Assembly: GCA_040767085.1 (NCBI GenBank)
Contig: JAXGPF010000008.1
Span: 192,001-256,000, forward strand
Length of the DNA: 64,000 bases
Direction of reading: 5' to 3'
Origin: Kiritimatiellia bacterium
GTDB taxonomy: Bacteria; Verrucomicrobiota; Kiritimatiellia; JAAZAB01
Positions 17,685 to 27,022 of the stretch are shown here, in pieces; position 1 is the stretch's first letter; every line of letters starts with the position of its first letter. The notes beneath the pieces are model-generated. The model was not told the DNA's origin. It worked only from the letters and a program-made list of their open reading frames with translations, and did no database searches. The position numbers were made by a program, and so were the translations under genes.

Positions 17685-19181
17685 ATGTTTGATATCAAGA
17701 TCGTCAACGGATTGCTGGTGCGGGGCGATGGGACGGAGGGGCGGCCGGGCGAGATCGGCATCCGGCAGGGCCGGATCGCTGCTATATCTGCCAGTGTTGC
17801 CGGCGGCGCCCAACGGACAATTGACGCCGGCGGACACATGGTCACCCCCGGCTTCATTGATTTGCACACGCATTGCGTTCCGGGCGTGAATGAAAATTAC
17901 CTGCAGTCCGGCGTCACCAGCGTGGTGGGCGGGAATTGCGGGTTTTCGCCGTTGGACATCCAGAAAGTCTCTGCGGATTGCGCCGGCAAGTGCGGGCTGA
18001 ACCTGGCGATGCTGGTGGGACATAATAGCGTTCGCACACAAGTCATGGGCAATGTCAACCGCGCGCCCGCGGCCTCGGAATTGCGGCAGATGTGCGGGTT
18101 GATTGACCGGGCCATGGCGGAGGGCGCCGTTGGATTTTCGTCGGGGTTGACTTATGTGCCCGGAAATTATGCCAAAACCGAAGAAGTGGCGGAATTGGCC
18201 CAGGCTACCGCCCGGCATGGCGGATATTACACCAGCCATATGCGCGATGAAGGCGAGGGTTTGCTCGATTCGATCCGGGAGACTGTCGCCATCGGCCGCG
18301 CCAGCGGATTGCCGGTGCATCTGTCGCACTTGAAGGTCCGCGGCTGCAATATCTGGGGGCGCAGCCGCGATGCGGTGGCATTGCTGGATCAATATCTGGC
18401 GCAAGGCATGGATGTCACCCAGGACCAGTATCCCTACACGGCCTCCTGCGGCCGCATTTACCTGCTTTACCCGCCCTGGGCCCAGGAAGGCGGCCCGGCA
18501 GACCGGCTGGCGCGGCTGGCGGACGCCCAACAGCGGGCGCAACTGAAAAAAGATTTGATCGCATACCTGACTGATATCCACGCCGGCGATGGCGAACGCG
18601 TGGTGATTTCCGATGCCCCGGACGCCGCCCTGGCCGGCCGGTCGCTGGCGGATATCGCCCGGGCCGCCGGCCGCAAAAACCAGCCCGCCGACCTGGCCGA
18701 GACGGTCATGGATATCACCGCGCGCTTCCCGGATCTGACCCAGGTATACTGCGTATTCCATGGGATGTGCGAAGATGATGTCAAAACCATCATGCGCCAC
18801 CGCAACACCGCCGTCGGGTCGGATGCCTGGGCGCCCCGGGCCAGCGAGGCCCGGCCGCATCCCCGCATGTTCGGCACTTTCCCGCGCGTGCTCGGCCATT
18901 ATGCCCGGGATGAAAAAGTGTTGCCGATGGCCGAGGCGGTGCGCCGCATGACCGGCCTGCCGGCGCGGCGGCTGGGGTTAAAAGACCGCGGGCTTTTGCA
19001 GGAAGGCGCCTGGGCGGATATCACGGTTTTTGATCCGGCGACCGTGATTGACCGCGCCACGTTCGATCATCCGAAACAGTATCCCGCCGGATTTGATTGC
19101 GTGCTGGTGAACGGCCAGGTTGTGGTAGATCACGGAACTTACACCGGCGTCTTGCCCGGGGGGTTTTTAGCGCGGCAATGA
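17685..19181 (+). CDS. N-acyl-D-amino-acid deacylase (D-aminoacylase) family amidohydrolase
   Basis: PGFIDLHTH, GNCGFS, SHMRDE, HLSHLK, DQYPY, GSD, HPRMFGTFPRVLG. Confidence 0.9.
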   Translation: MFDIKIVNGLLVRGDGTEGRPGEIGIRQGRIAAISASVAGGAQRTIDAGGHMVTPGFIDLHTHCVPGVNENYLQSGVTSVVGGNCGFSPLDIQKVSADCAGKCGLNLAMLVGHNSVRTQVMGNVNRAPAASELRQMCGLIDRAMAEGAVGFSSGLTYVPGNYAKTEEVAELAQATARHGGYYTSHMRDEGEGLLDSIRETVAIGRASGLPVHLSHLKVRGCNIWGRSRDAVALLDQYLAQGMDVTQDQYPYTASCGRIYLLYPPWAQEGGPADRLARLADAQQRAQLKKDLIAYLTDIHAGDGERVVISDAPDAALAGRSLADIARAAGRKNQPADLAETVMDITARFPDLTQVYCVFHGMCEDDVKTIMRHRNTAVGSDAWAPRASEARPHPRMFGTFPRVLGHYARDEKVLPMAEAVRRMTGLPARRLGLKDRGLLQEGAWADITVFDPATVIDRATFDHPKQYPAGFDCVLVNGQVVVDHGTYTGVLPGGFLARQ

Positions 19182-20320
19182 GCAAGCGGAGCATCGGAAG
19201 TATTATGAAAAAAAAGCCGCTGTTTCCGGTAACGGATGTCGATCGCCGGTTTTATGACAAACATATTGCCGGCTGGCTGCCGGATGAGTTGATTGACATC
19301 CATACGCATATATGGCTGAAAAGCTTTAAAAAACGGCGCGCCGCGGGCGCGCCGCGCCGCACGGTCGCCTGGCCCTCCATGGTGGCGGCGGAAAACCCGG
19401 TGGAACATCTGGTTGAGACATATCAATTGATGTTTCCCGGGAAAACTGTCACCCCGATGATGTTCGCGTCGCTGACGAAGGAATACCTGGATGCCGCCAA
19501 TGCCTACGTGGCGGACGCCGCCCGACGGCACGGGTTCCCGGCCTTGATTTTTTCCGATCCGCGCTGGCCGGCCGCCGAACTGGAGCGCCGGGTCAAGCGG
19601 GGAGGGTTCCTGGGCGTCAAGAGCTACCTGACCATGGCGCCGGCTTACCTGCCAACCGCTGAAATACGCATTTTCGATTTCTTCCCGCATCATCAGCTGG
19701 AAGTCATGGACCAGCATGGATGGATCGTCATGCTGCATATTCCGCGCGACGGCCGGCTGCGCGATCCGGTGAACCTGGCGCAAATGCTGGAAATCGAAGA
19801 ACGCTATCCGAACTTGCAGTTGATTGTCGCCCATGTCGGCCGCGCTTATTGCCCGGAGGATGTGGGCGACGCCTTTAAAGTGCTTGCCCAAACCCGCCGG
19901 ATGAATTTCGATTTCTCCGCCAGTTCCAATGCCGCGGTATTCCGGCAACTGCTGGAGACAGTCGGCCCGCAACGCGTGCTCTTCGGCAGCGATCTGCCCA
20001 TCCTGCGGATGCGCGCCCGGCGCGTCTGCGAAAAGGGATTTTATGTCAATATCGTTCCCAAGGGATTGTACGGCAACGTCACGGCCGATCCGCACATGCG
20101 CGAAGTCGCCGGGGCGGAAGCGGAAAAGATAACATTTTTCATGTACGAGGAACTGGCGGCATTCGGCCGCGCCGCGCGCGCCGCCGGCCTGCGGCCGGCC
20201 GCTATCCGGGATGTCTTCCGGAACAACCCGCGGCGCATCCTGGCGAAAGCCGGATTCGATTTCCGCCCGCCGCGGCGCGGGCCCCGGGGCGGTAATCCCG
20301 GAAAAACGGGCGGCGGATAG
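19178..20320 (+). CDS. Amidohydrolase family 2 metal-dependent hydrolase
   Basis: IDIHTH, GVK, MLH, VAHVGR, LFGSD; start at 19178 (ATGA overlap) or 19205. Confidence 0.85.
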   Translation: MSKRSIGSIMKKKPLFPVTDVDRRFYDKHIAGWLPDELIDIHTHIWLKSFKKRRAAGAPRRTVAWPSMVAAENPVEHLVETYQLMFPGKTVTPMMFASLTKEYLDAANAYVADAARRHGFPALIFSDPRWPAAELERRVKRGGFLGVKSYLTMAPAYLPTAEIRIFDFFPHHQLEVMDQHGWIVMLHIPRDGRLRDPVNLAQMLEIEERYPNLQLIVAHVGRAYCPEDVGDAFKVLAQTRRMNFDFSASSNAAVFRQLLETVGPQRVLFGSDLPILRMRARRVCEKGFYVNIVPKGLYGNVTADPHMREVAGAEAEKITFFMYEELAAFGRAARAAGLRPAAIRDVFRNNPRRILAKAGFDFRPPRRGPRGGNPGKTGGG

Positions 20321-20350
20321 CCGCCAGGGAATTCAAAACAGCGAGCATGT

Positions 20351-21673
20351 ATGGAAGATTTGAAAAAGGCCGCCTGCGCGGCGGTTGACGCCCAGCGCGC
20401 GGCCATCATAGCGGCGGCCGGGCAGATCTGGACGCACCCGGAAACCGGCTTCAAGGAATACCAAACCGCGCAGTTGGTGGCGGATTTCTTCAAGCAGCTC
20501 GGAATGCCCTGCCGGACCGGCCTGGCTTTGACCGGGGTGCGGGCGGAATTGCAGGGCGGCCGGCCGGGGCCGACGATCGCGCTCCTGGGCGAATTGGACG
20601 GGATTATTCTTTCCGAGCATCCGGCGGCGGACCCCGTTACCGGCGCCGTGCATGCCTGCGGGCATCACGCGCAGATTGCAGGCTTGCTGGGCGCCGCGCT
20701 GGCGTTGAATCAGCCCCGGATTCTCTCCCAGTTGGCGGGCAGGATCGTCTTCATGGCGGTGCCGGCCGAGGAGTACCTGGAAATGGATTTCCGGCGCAAA
20801 CTGATCCGCGACGGTAAAATCCGTTTTCTCGGCGGCAAGCAGGAACTGATCCGATTGGGCCATTTCGATGACGTGGACATGGCCATGATGATCCACACCG
20901 GGGAGGGGCGCAAGGCGACGCTCCGCTCCACGATGAACGGATTCATTTCCCAGTTTGCCAGTTTCATCGGCCGGGCGGCGCATGCCGGCGGGGCGCCGCA
21001 TCATGGCGTCAATGCGCTGAATGCCGCCATGCTGGCGTTGCAGGCCATCCACGCGCAGCGGGAAACCTTCAAGGATGAAGATCATGTCCGCGTGCATCCT
21101 GTCATCCGGAAGGCCGGGGAATCGGTCAGCACGGTGCCGGGCCGGGTGGATCTTGAAGCCATGGTGCGCGCCAAAACCCTCGCAGCGGTTCTGGATGCGG
21201 GGGCCAAAATCCGGCGGGCTTATCATGCCGGCGCGCTGGCCGTGGGCGCCAAGGTCGTGATCGAATCGCTGCCGGGATACCTGCCGTTGCATGATTGCCA
21301 GCCGATGGCGGATGTGTTTAAAAAGAATGTCAGCGGCTTTGTCGGAGCGGAGAATGTAACGCTCCTGCCGCATCGGTCGTCTTCCACCGACATGGGCGAT
21401 GTGACCCAGATCACGCCGGCCATGCATCCGGGGTTGGGCGGCGCGGCCGGCCGGGCGCATGCCGCGGATTTCCGCGTGGTGGATTCGGACCTGGCCTATG
21501 TGGCGCCGGGCAAGGTGCTGGCCATGTGCGTGATTGACCTGCTGGGCGATCAAGCCCGGGCCGCCGCGCAAATCATCCGGGAGCATAAGCCTTTGATTCC
21601 CCGCGCAAAGTACACGGAACTGCTGCAGTCGCAGTTTTGCACGGAAACGTACGATCATCTGCCGTCCCCGTGA
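20351..21673 (+). CDS. M20 family amidohydrolase (AbgB/hippurate hydrolase-like)
   Basis: HPETGFKE, ELDG, HACGH, PAEE, GRAAHAG, STDMGDV. Confidence 0.9.
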   Translation: MEDLKKAACAAVDAQRAAIIAAAGQIWTHPETGFKEYQTAQLVADFFKQLGMPCRTGLALTGVRAELQGGRPGPTIALLGELDGIILSEHPAADPVTGAVHACGHHAQIAGLLGAALALNQPRILSQLAGRIVFMAVPAEEYLEMDFRRKLIRDGKIRFLGGKQELIRLGHFDDVDMAMMIHTGEGRKATLRSTMNGFISQFASFIGRAAHAGGAPHHGVNALNAAMLALQAIHAQRETFKDEDHVRVHPVIRKAGESVSTVPGRVDLEAMVRAKTLAAVLDAGAKIRRAYHAGALAVGAKVVIESLPGYLPLHDCQPMADVFKKNVSGFVGAENVTLLPHRSSSTDMGDVTQITPAMHPGLGGAAGRAHAADFRVVDSDLAYVAPGKVLAMCVIDLLGDQARAAAQIIREHKPLIPRAKYTELLQSQFCTETYDHLPSP

Positions 21674-21678
21674 GGCGC

Positions 21679-21715
21679 GCGCCGCGCCGGCGTCGGGCGC
21701 GGTGTCTGGTTTTTT
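21679..21715 (+). terminator. Possible intra-operon terminator/attenuator hairpin
   Basis: gcgccgcgcc-loop-ggcgcggtgt followed by ctggtttttt. Confidence 0.35.
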
Positions 21716-21748
21716 GCGGCGTCAGTTAATAAAAGGAGGATCAAATCC

Positions 21749-23002
21749 ATGGGTATCAGTGTCGGTTTGGTGGGATTAGGCAGGTTCGGCAAAGCTTTTG
21801 CGCCATTATTCAAGAGCCATCCGCTGGTGGATCGCATAGCTTTGTGCGATCGGGAGCCGGAGCGGATCAAACAAATTGCCGACGATCCGTTTTACAGGGA
21901 TAAATTCAATTCGCGCGATGCTTACGCTTCGATGGAAGAGCTTTGCGCCTCCGACCTGGATGCCCTGGTGATTATTACCCAGCCCTGGCTGCATGCGCCG
22001 CAATGCGCGCAGGCCATGGAAAGCGGCAAGCATGTTTACAGCGCCGTGCCGATTACCTCCGTCCCCGACGGCGATGAAATCCTGGAATGGTGCGATAAAT
22101 TGACCGCGCTTTGCCGGCGCACCGGCATGCGTTACATGCTCGGGGAAACCACCTATTACCATGCGCAGGCCATGTTCTGCCGCCGTAAGGCCGCCGCCGG
22201 CGCCTTCGGCGATTTTGTGTACGCCGAAGGCGAATATTGCCACGATGTTGACGCCCGCTGCAACTTGCGGCAGGTGTCCGCCAGCCGCGGCGCCAGCGCC
22301 GCGGGCCGGGAATGGCAGGATCTCAGCCGGCAATATCGGGAGCGCGGCGTCAAGGGCGGGCCCATGCATTATCCGACGCATTCCACTTCCGGCCCGGTCT
22401 GCGTGATGCAAGCGCACGCGGTCAAGGTTACCGCTTACGGTTATCGGAACCGCAACCACGATCCGTTTTTCGCCAAGGATGCGTTCAGCAACGAAGTGGC
22501 ATTGTTCAAAATGAGCAATGGCGCCGCGGTGCGCATTGCCGAAATGCGGGAATCGCCCGGCTTGCTGGGGCAGGAACCGGAAACCTTCCGGATCAAGGGG
22601 ACGCTGGGAACTTTCTCTGAAAATCGCTGGTATGAGATTCAAAGGCCGGCCATGGATCGGATTGACCTGGAGCATCTGCCCAGAGCCGCCAGCGTGGTTT
22701 TGAAGGCGGAAGAAATGCGCGACCCGCTGCCGCCGGAAGTGCAGGCGGCATTCAAACGCGCCATGCATCAGCAGTCGAACGAAGCCGATCTGCAAAACAT
22801 GGATTTTGTGCCCCAGGGCCATGGCGGCTCGCATCCTTACCTGGTGCATGAATTCGTGGAGGCGGTGGCGCATGGACGCCAGCCGGCGATCAATATCTGG
22901 GAGGCCGCGCGGTACATGGCCATGGGCGTGATGGCGCACAAGTCGGCCTTGCAGGATGGCACCACGCTGGATGTGCCGGATTGGGGCGATGCGCCGGCCT
23001 GA
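21749..23002 (+). CDS. Gfo/Idh/MocA family oxidoreductase
   Basis: VGLVGLGRFG, GKHVYSAVP, GETTYY, YPTHS, GHGGSH; RBS aggagg. Confidence 0.9.
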   Translation: MGISVGLVGLGRFGKAFAPLFKSHPLVDRIALCDREPERIKQIADDPFYRDKFNSRDAYASMEELCASDLDALVIITQPWLHAPQCAQAMESGKHVYSAVPITSVPDGDEILEWCDKLTALCRRTGMRYMLGETTYYHAQAMFCRRKAAAGAFGDFVYAEGEYCHDVDARCNLRQVSASRGASAAGREWQDLSRQYRERGVKGGPMHYPTHSTSGPVCVMQAHAVKVTAYGYRNRNHDPFFAKDAFSNEVALFKMSNGAAVRIAEMRESPGLLGQEPETFRIKGTLGTFSENRWYEIQRPAMDRIDLEHLPRAASVVLKAEEMRDPLPPEVQAAFKRAMHQQSNEADLQNMDFVPQGHGGSHPYLVHEFVEAVAHGRQPAINIWEAARYMAMGVMAHKSALQDGTTLDVPDWGDAPA

Positions 23003-23099
23003 CCGGATGTTATCCGCAGATTGCGCAGATTAACGCAGATGGGGGATGCGCCCTGACCGGATGTTATCCGCAGATTACGCAGATTAACGCAGATGGGGG
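22998..23099 (+). repeat. 54-bp-period tandem duplication containing (cgcagatta-like)x3 nonamer units
   Basis: 22998-23045 and 23052-23099 are 47/48 identical. Confidence 0.85.
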
Positions 23100-23105
23100 G
23101 GAAGC

Positions 23106-24485
23106 GTGAAAATCGGATTATTGCCGTTTTACCTGGAGCTTTACGATCGGATGTGGCCGGATCGCCGGCAGCGGCTGGACCAATATTATCAAAATGTGGC
23201 GGAGGCGCTGCGGCTGAAAGGGTTGGATGTTGTCACCGCGCCGGTCTGTCGGTTGGCGCCGGAATTCCGGCGCGCGGTGAAAGAATTTGAAGCTGACGGG
23301 GTAGAGGCGCTGGTCACGTTGCACCTGGCATATTCGCCGTCGCTGGAGTCGGCCGATGCCCTGGCCCGCACCGGTTTGCCGGTGATCGTGCTGGACACCA
23401 CGCCCGACTATGATTTCGGGCCGTCGCAAAAGCCGGCAGCCATCATGGCCAACCACGGCATCCATGGCGTGCAGGATATGTGCAATTTGCTTGTGCGCCG
23501 CGGCAAGCGGTTTGCCGTTGAAGCCGGTCATTGGCAACATTCCGACGTGCTGGACCGGGTCGCGACGCGCGCGCGCGCGGCGGCCGTGGCCGGCGGCTTG
23601 CGCCGGGCGCGCGTCGGCCGGATCGGGCCGCCATTCAAGAGTATGGGGGATTTCCAGGTGCCGGACCGGGAATTGCGCCGGCAGTTGGGCGTGACGGTGG
23701 TCAGCGCCCGTCCGGAAGGTTTAAACAAGCTGGCGCGCGGCATTGCCCCTGCGGATATCAAACGAGAAATTGCGGCGCATGGCCGGATGTTTGATATCCC
23801 GCCCGCGGCGGCCGCGGCGCACCGGCGTTCGGTCCTGGCCGGCTTGACGGTGCGCCGCTGGCTTGCCAGGGAAAACCTTGCCGCGTTCAGCGTGAATTTT
23901 CTGGCCGTCGGCCGCGGCCGGGGGTTGGCGGTGATGCCGTTTCTGGAAGCCGGGTTGGCCATGGGGCGGGGGATTGGTTATGCCGGGGAAGGCGATGTCT
24001 TGACCGCGGCGCTGGTGGCGGCCTTGCTGCGCGTCTATCCCGCGACCACGTTTACGGAAATGTTTTGCCCGGATTGGAAAGGCAACCGGATTTTCCTGAG
24101 CCACATGGGCGAATGGAATGTCCGGCTGGCCGCCCGCCGGCCGCGCCTGGTGGAGTATAAGTTCATCTTCGGCCGCGCGGCCAATCCGGTGCGGCCGGTG
24201 GGCTGTTTCAAGGGCGGCGCCGCCGTGTTCGTCAATCTCGCGCCGCTCGGCGCCGGCCGATTCCGTCTGATCCTGGCGCCGGGCCGGATGGCGGCGCCCC
24301 GCGGGCGCGATGCCCTGGCCGATACCGTGCATGGCTGGTTCCAGCCCCGGCCGCCTTTGCCCGAATTTTTAGCCGGTTACAGCCGCGCCGGCGGCACGCA
24401 TCATGCCGCCCTGGTCTACGGGGCGTCCATGGCTGTCTTGGAGGGGTTCGGCGCGGAAATGGGCTGGGACGTTTTGGTAATCTGA
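23106..24485 (+). CDS. L-arabinose/L-fucose isomerase family protein
   Basis: NHGIHG, GYAGEGD, FTEMF, LSHMGE, GGTHH metal-binding motifs of the AraA-like fold. Confidence 0.8.
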   Translation: MKIGLLPFYLELYDRMWPDRRQRLDQYYQNVAEALRLKGLDVVTAPVCRLAPEFRRAVKEFEADGVEALVTLHLAYSPSLESADALARTGLPVIVLDTTPDYDFGPSQKPAAIMANHGIHGVQDMCNLLVRRGKRFAVEAGHWQHSDVLDRVATRARAAAVAGGLRRARVGRIGPPFKSMGDFQVPDRELRRQLGVTVVSARPEGLNKLARGIAPADIKREIAAHGRMFDIPPAAAAAHRRSVLAGLTVRRWLARENLAAFSVNFLAVGRGRGLAVMPFLEAGLAMGRGIGYAGEGDVLTAALVAALLRVYPATTFTEMFCPDWKGNRIFLSHMGEWNVRLAARRPRLVEYKFIFGRAANPVRPVGCFKGGAAVFVNLAPLGAGRFRLILAPGRMAAPRGRDALADTVHGWFQPRPPLPEFLAGYSRAGGTHHAALVYGASMAVLEGFGAEMGWDVLVI

Positions 24486-24518
24486 AATTTGGGATTTGAG
24501 ATGTGAAATCCGAGATTT
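24483..24518 (+). repeat. Heptamer micro-repeat (tgaRatt-like x5) spanning the stop-start junction
   Basis: tgaaatt tgggatt tgagatg tgaaatc cgagatt. Confidence 0.55.
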
Positions 24519-25960
24519 ATCTGGGTCTGGATTTGGGCGGCACCAGCGCCAAGGCGGCGGTATTCGACCGCACCGGCCGCGCGCTGGGATTCGGACGCGT
24601 CGCTTATACAACAGCCGCGCCCGCCGCCGGCTGGGCGGAGACGCCGATCGCTGCGATCCATGCTGCCGCGCGGGAAGCGGTGCGCGCGGCGTTGCGCGCG
24701 GGCCCGGGCGCGGTCCGCGCCATGGCGGTCTCTTCCCAGGGCCAGACGTTTGTGGCGCTGGACGAATCCGACCGGCCGCTGTACCCGGCGATCATGTGGT
24801 ACGACAGCCGCGCCGCGGCCCAGGCGGAGCAATTGGCCGCCCGGTTCGCCGCCCGGCAGGCCGGCCCGGGGGGCATGTCGCCGATTGCGACCGCGGCCAA
24901 GATCATGTGGCTGAAGGAAAATTATCCCGAGCGGCTGCGCCGCGCGCGCCGCTACCTGTTATTGCCGGACTATTTTGCCTACCACCTTGCCGGACGGGCG
25001 GTCATAGATGATAATACCGCCGGCACAACCGGGTTGTACCTGGAAAAATCCGCCGATTTCAGCGCTCCAGCCTTGGAAATATGCGGCATTGCCAGGGGGC
25101 AGCTGGCGGAAATTGCGCCGCCTGGCAGCTTCATCGGCCCGCTTTTGCCGGACCGCGCCGCGGCTTGGGGGCTGGCGCCGGAAACCCTGCTCGTCGTCGG
25201 CACCAACGACCAATATGCCGGCGCGCTGGGCGCCGGCAACTGCCGGCCCGGCATGGTCACGGTGGCCTTTGGCACCTGTCTGGCCTTGCTGACGCTGACG
25301 CGCGCCCCGGCCGGCCGGCTCCCGCCGGGGCTATACGACGGCAAATTCCCCGTGCCGGGCTTACGTTACCGGCTGGCCTTCGCCAAAACCGCCGGCGTGT
25401 TGCTGGATTGGTTCCGCCGCGAATTAGGCGGGCAGTTGTCTTTCGACGAGTTGAACGCCGCCGCGCAGGCCGTACCGCCCGGCAGCCGGGGCTTGACGGT
25501 TTGCCCGCATTTTGACGGGCGGGTTTCGCCGGCGCCGGACAGCAGTCTGCGCGGCGCTCTGTTGCATCTGACGCTGCAACACACCCGGGGCGATGTTTAC
25601 CGGGCGCTGCTGGAAGCCCTGGCTTTTTGCCTGCGCGAAAACCTGGAAATGCTGGAACGCCACGGGCTGCCGGCGGAAATTGTGCGTGTGATCGGCGGCG
25701 GCGCCGGCAATGACTTCTGGATGCAGATGCAGGCGGACATTACCGGGCACGACATAGAAAGGCCGGCCCTGGCTGAAGCCGCTGCGCTGGGCGCCGCCAT
25801 GCTGGCCATGGCCGGCGCCGCCGGTCCGGGCGCGGACCTGGCGGAAATCAGCGCCGGTTGCAGCCGGCCCGGCCGCGTCTTCCGTCCCGCGCCCGACCCG
25901 GCGGCCGCTTACGCCGCGGCCTACCGGCGATACCTGGCAGCCATGCCGGCCGGCGGCTAG
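24503..25960 (+). CDS. FGGY family carbohydrate kinase (xylulokinase-like)
   Basis: LGLDLGGTS, SSQGQ, IMWYDSR, GTNDQ, GGGA, EAAALGAA. Confidence 0.9.
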   Translation: MKSEIYLGLDLGGTSAKAAVFDRTGRALGFGRVAYTTAAPAAGWAETPIAAIHAAAREAVRAALRAGPGAVRAMAVSSQGQTFVALDESDRPLYPAIMWYDSRAAAQAEQLAARFAARQAGPGGMSPIATAAKIMWLKENYPERLRRARRYLLLPDYFAYHLAGRAVIDDNTAGTTGLYLEKSADFSAPALEICGIARGQLAEIAPPGSFIGPLLPDRAAAWGLAPETLLVVGTNDQYAGALGAGNCRPGMVTVAFGTCLALLTLTRAPAGRLPPGLYDGKFPVPGLRYRLAFAKTAGVLLDWFRRELGGQLSFDELNAAAQAVPPGSRGLTVCPHFDGRVSPAPDSSLRGALLHLTLQHTRGDVYRALLEALAFCLRENLEMLERHGLPAEIVRVIGGGAGNDFWMQMQADITGHDIERPALAEAAALGAAMLAMAGAAGPGADLAEISAGCSRPGRVFRPAPDPAAAYAAAYRRYLAAMPAGG

Positions 25961-25994
25961 CCCGCGCTGGCCGGCCGCGCGCGGCCGCCGCAAT

Positions 25995-26855
25995 TCATCC
26001 GAACAAATGCTCGAGCGAGTCGTTGGCCGAAACCATCTTGCCGCCCGCGCTGTCTTCGAAGCGGCCATGCACCCATTTGCGCAGGCGGTACAGCGTGGCG
26101 AAGGTGAAAGACGGCGGTTCCCCGCCCTGGCCGCCCACCAGTTCGCCGCCGCGCCGGACATTATCCACCATCCATGCCGGCAGGCGCAGGTGGTAGGGAT
26201 TGCGCTGGACTTCGCCGGTGTGCAGCGCCAGGGCCGCCACCAGGTCGGCCACGTCGGCTACGCTGGATTCGATCATTAAATTCGGCTGCGGCAGCGGCGC
26301 CCAGTACTCGGTTTCGCACACCCAGCAGCAGAATTCCTTGCCGGTGTCGGACAAGGCATCGGTCACCAGGGCATTGACGCCGACATGGGTGGTGTTGGCG
26401 TCGCCGGCGTGCGGGCAGAAAATCATGCGCGGCTGATGCTGGCGCAGCAGGCCGGATATGACCGGCAAGGCCTGGCGCCAGGCGTCCGGGTGCTGCCGGC
26501 GCTGGTCCAGGTTGATTTTCTCCAGGCCGCCGGGCGCAGCCAGGAGCGTTTCGAAGCCGAGGAAGTCGCAGGCCTGGCGCAGTTCCTGCCAGCGTTCCTG
26601 GCGGCGGTCTTTGCGGCTTCCGAGCGTCACGGCGATGTCTATCACGCGCATCCTCAGTTCCCGCAAAAGCCGCAGGGGCAGGGCGCCGATGATGCATTCA
26701 TCGTCAGGATGCGGGGCGAAGATCAACGCCCGCGGCGCCGCGGCCGGGGGCGGTTTGCGGCCGGCCGCGGGCGCGGGGCGCGGCCCGCGGGGCGACACTC
26801 CCACGTTCAACAAACGTGCTTGTTCAGCCACGAATTTATGATAAACATGCCGCAT
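25995..26855 (-). CDS. PIG-L/LmbE family deacetylase
   Basis: APHPDDE metal motif, RWQEL; second motif reads PHAGDANTTH. Confidence 0.85.
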   Translation of the reverse strand: MRHVYHKFVAEQARLLNVGVSPRGPRPAPAAGRKPPPAAAPRALIFAPHPDDECIIGALPLRLLRELRMRVIDIAVTLGSRKDRRQERWQELRQACDFLGFETLLAAPGGLEKINLDQRRQHPDAWRQALPVISGLLRQHQPRMIFCPHAGDANTTHVGVNALVTDALSDTGKEFCCWVCETEYWAPLPQPNLMIESSVADVADLVAALALHTGEVQRNPYHLRLPAWMVDNVRRGGELVGGQGGEPPSFTFATLYRLRKWVHGRFEDSAGGKMVSANDSLEHLFG

Positions 26856-27022
26856 GCCGTACTCCTCCTTGCAACAATGAAACGCTGGAAAGCAATTTGA
26901 TTAAATCAGTTTAAAGCTGCTGTTGCAAATAAAAACGCAAACTGTATCATAGGGCGCGCGTCCGGTCAGGGTCCCCGCGGGCCCGGGGCGCGCGATGACT
27001 GCAAGCAACCCGGGAGCAAACC

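Noticed and set aside
22998..23099. Mini CRISPR array
   Set aside because: Only two near-adjacent units separated by 6 nt, with no unique spacer
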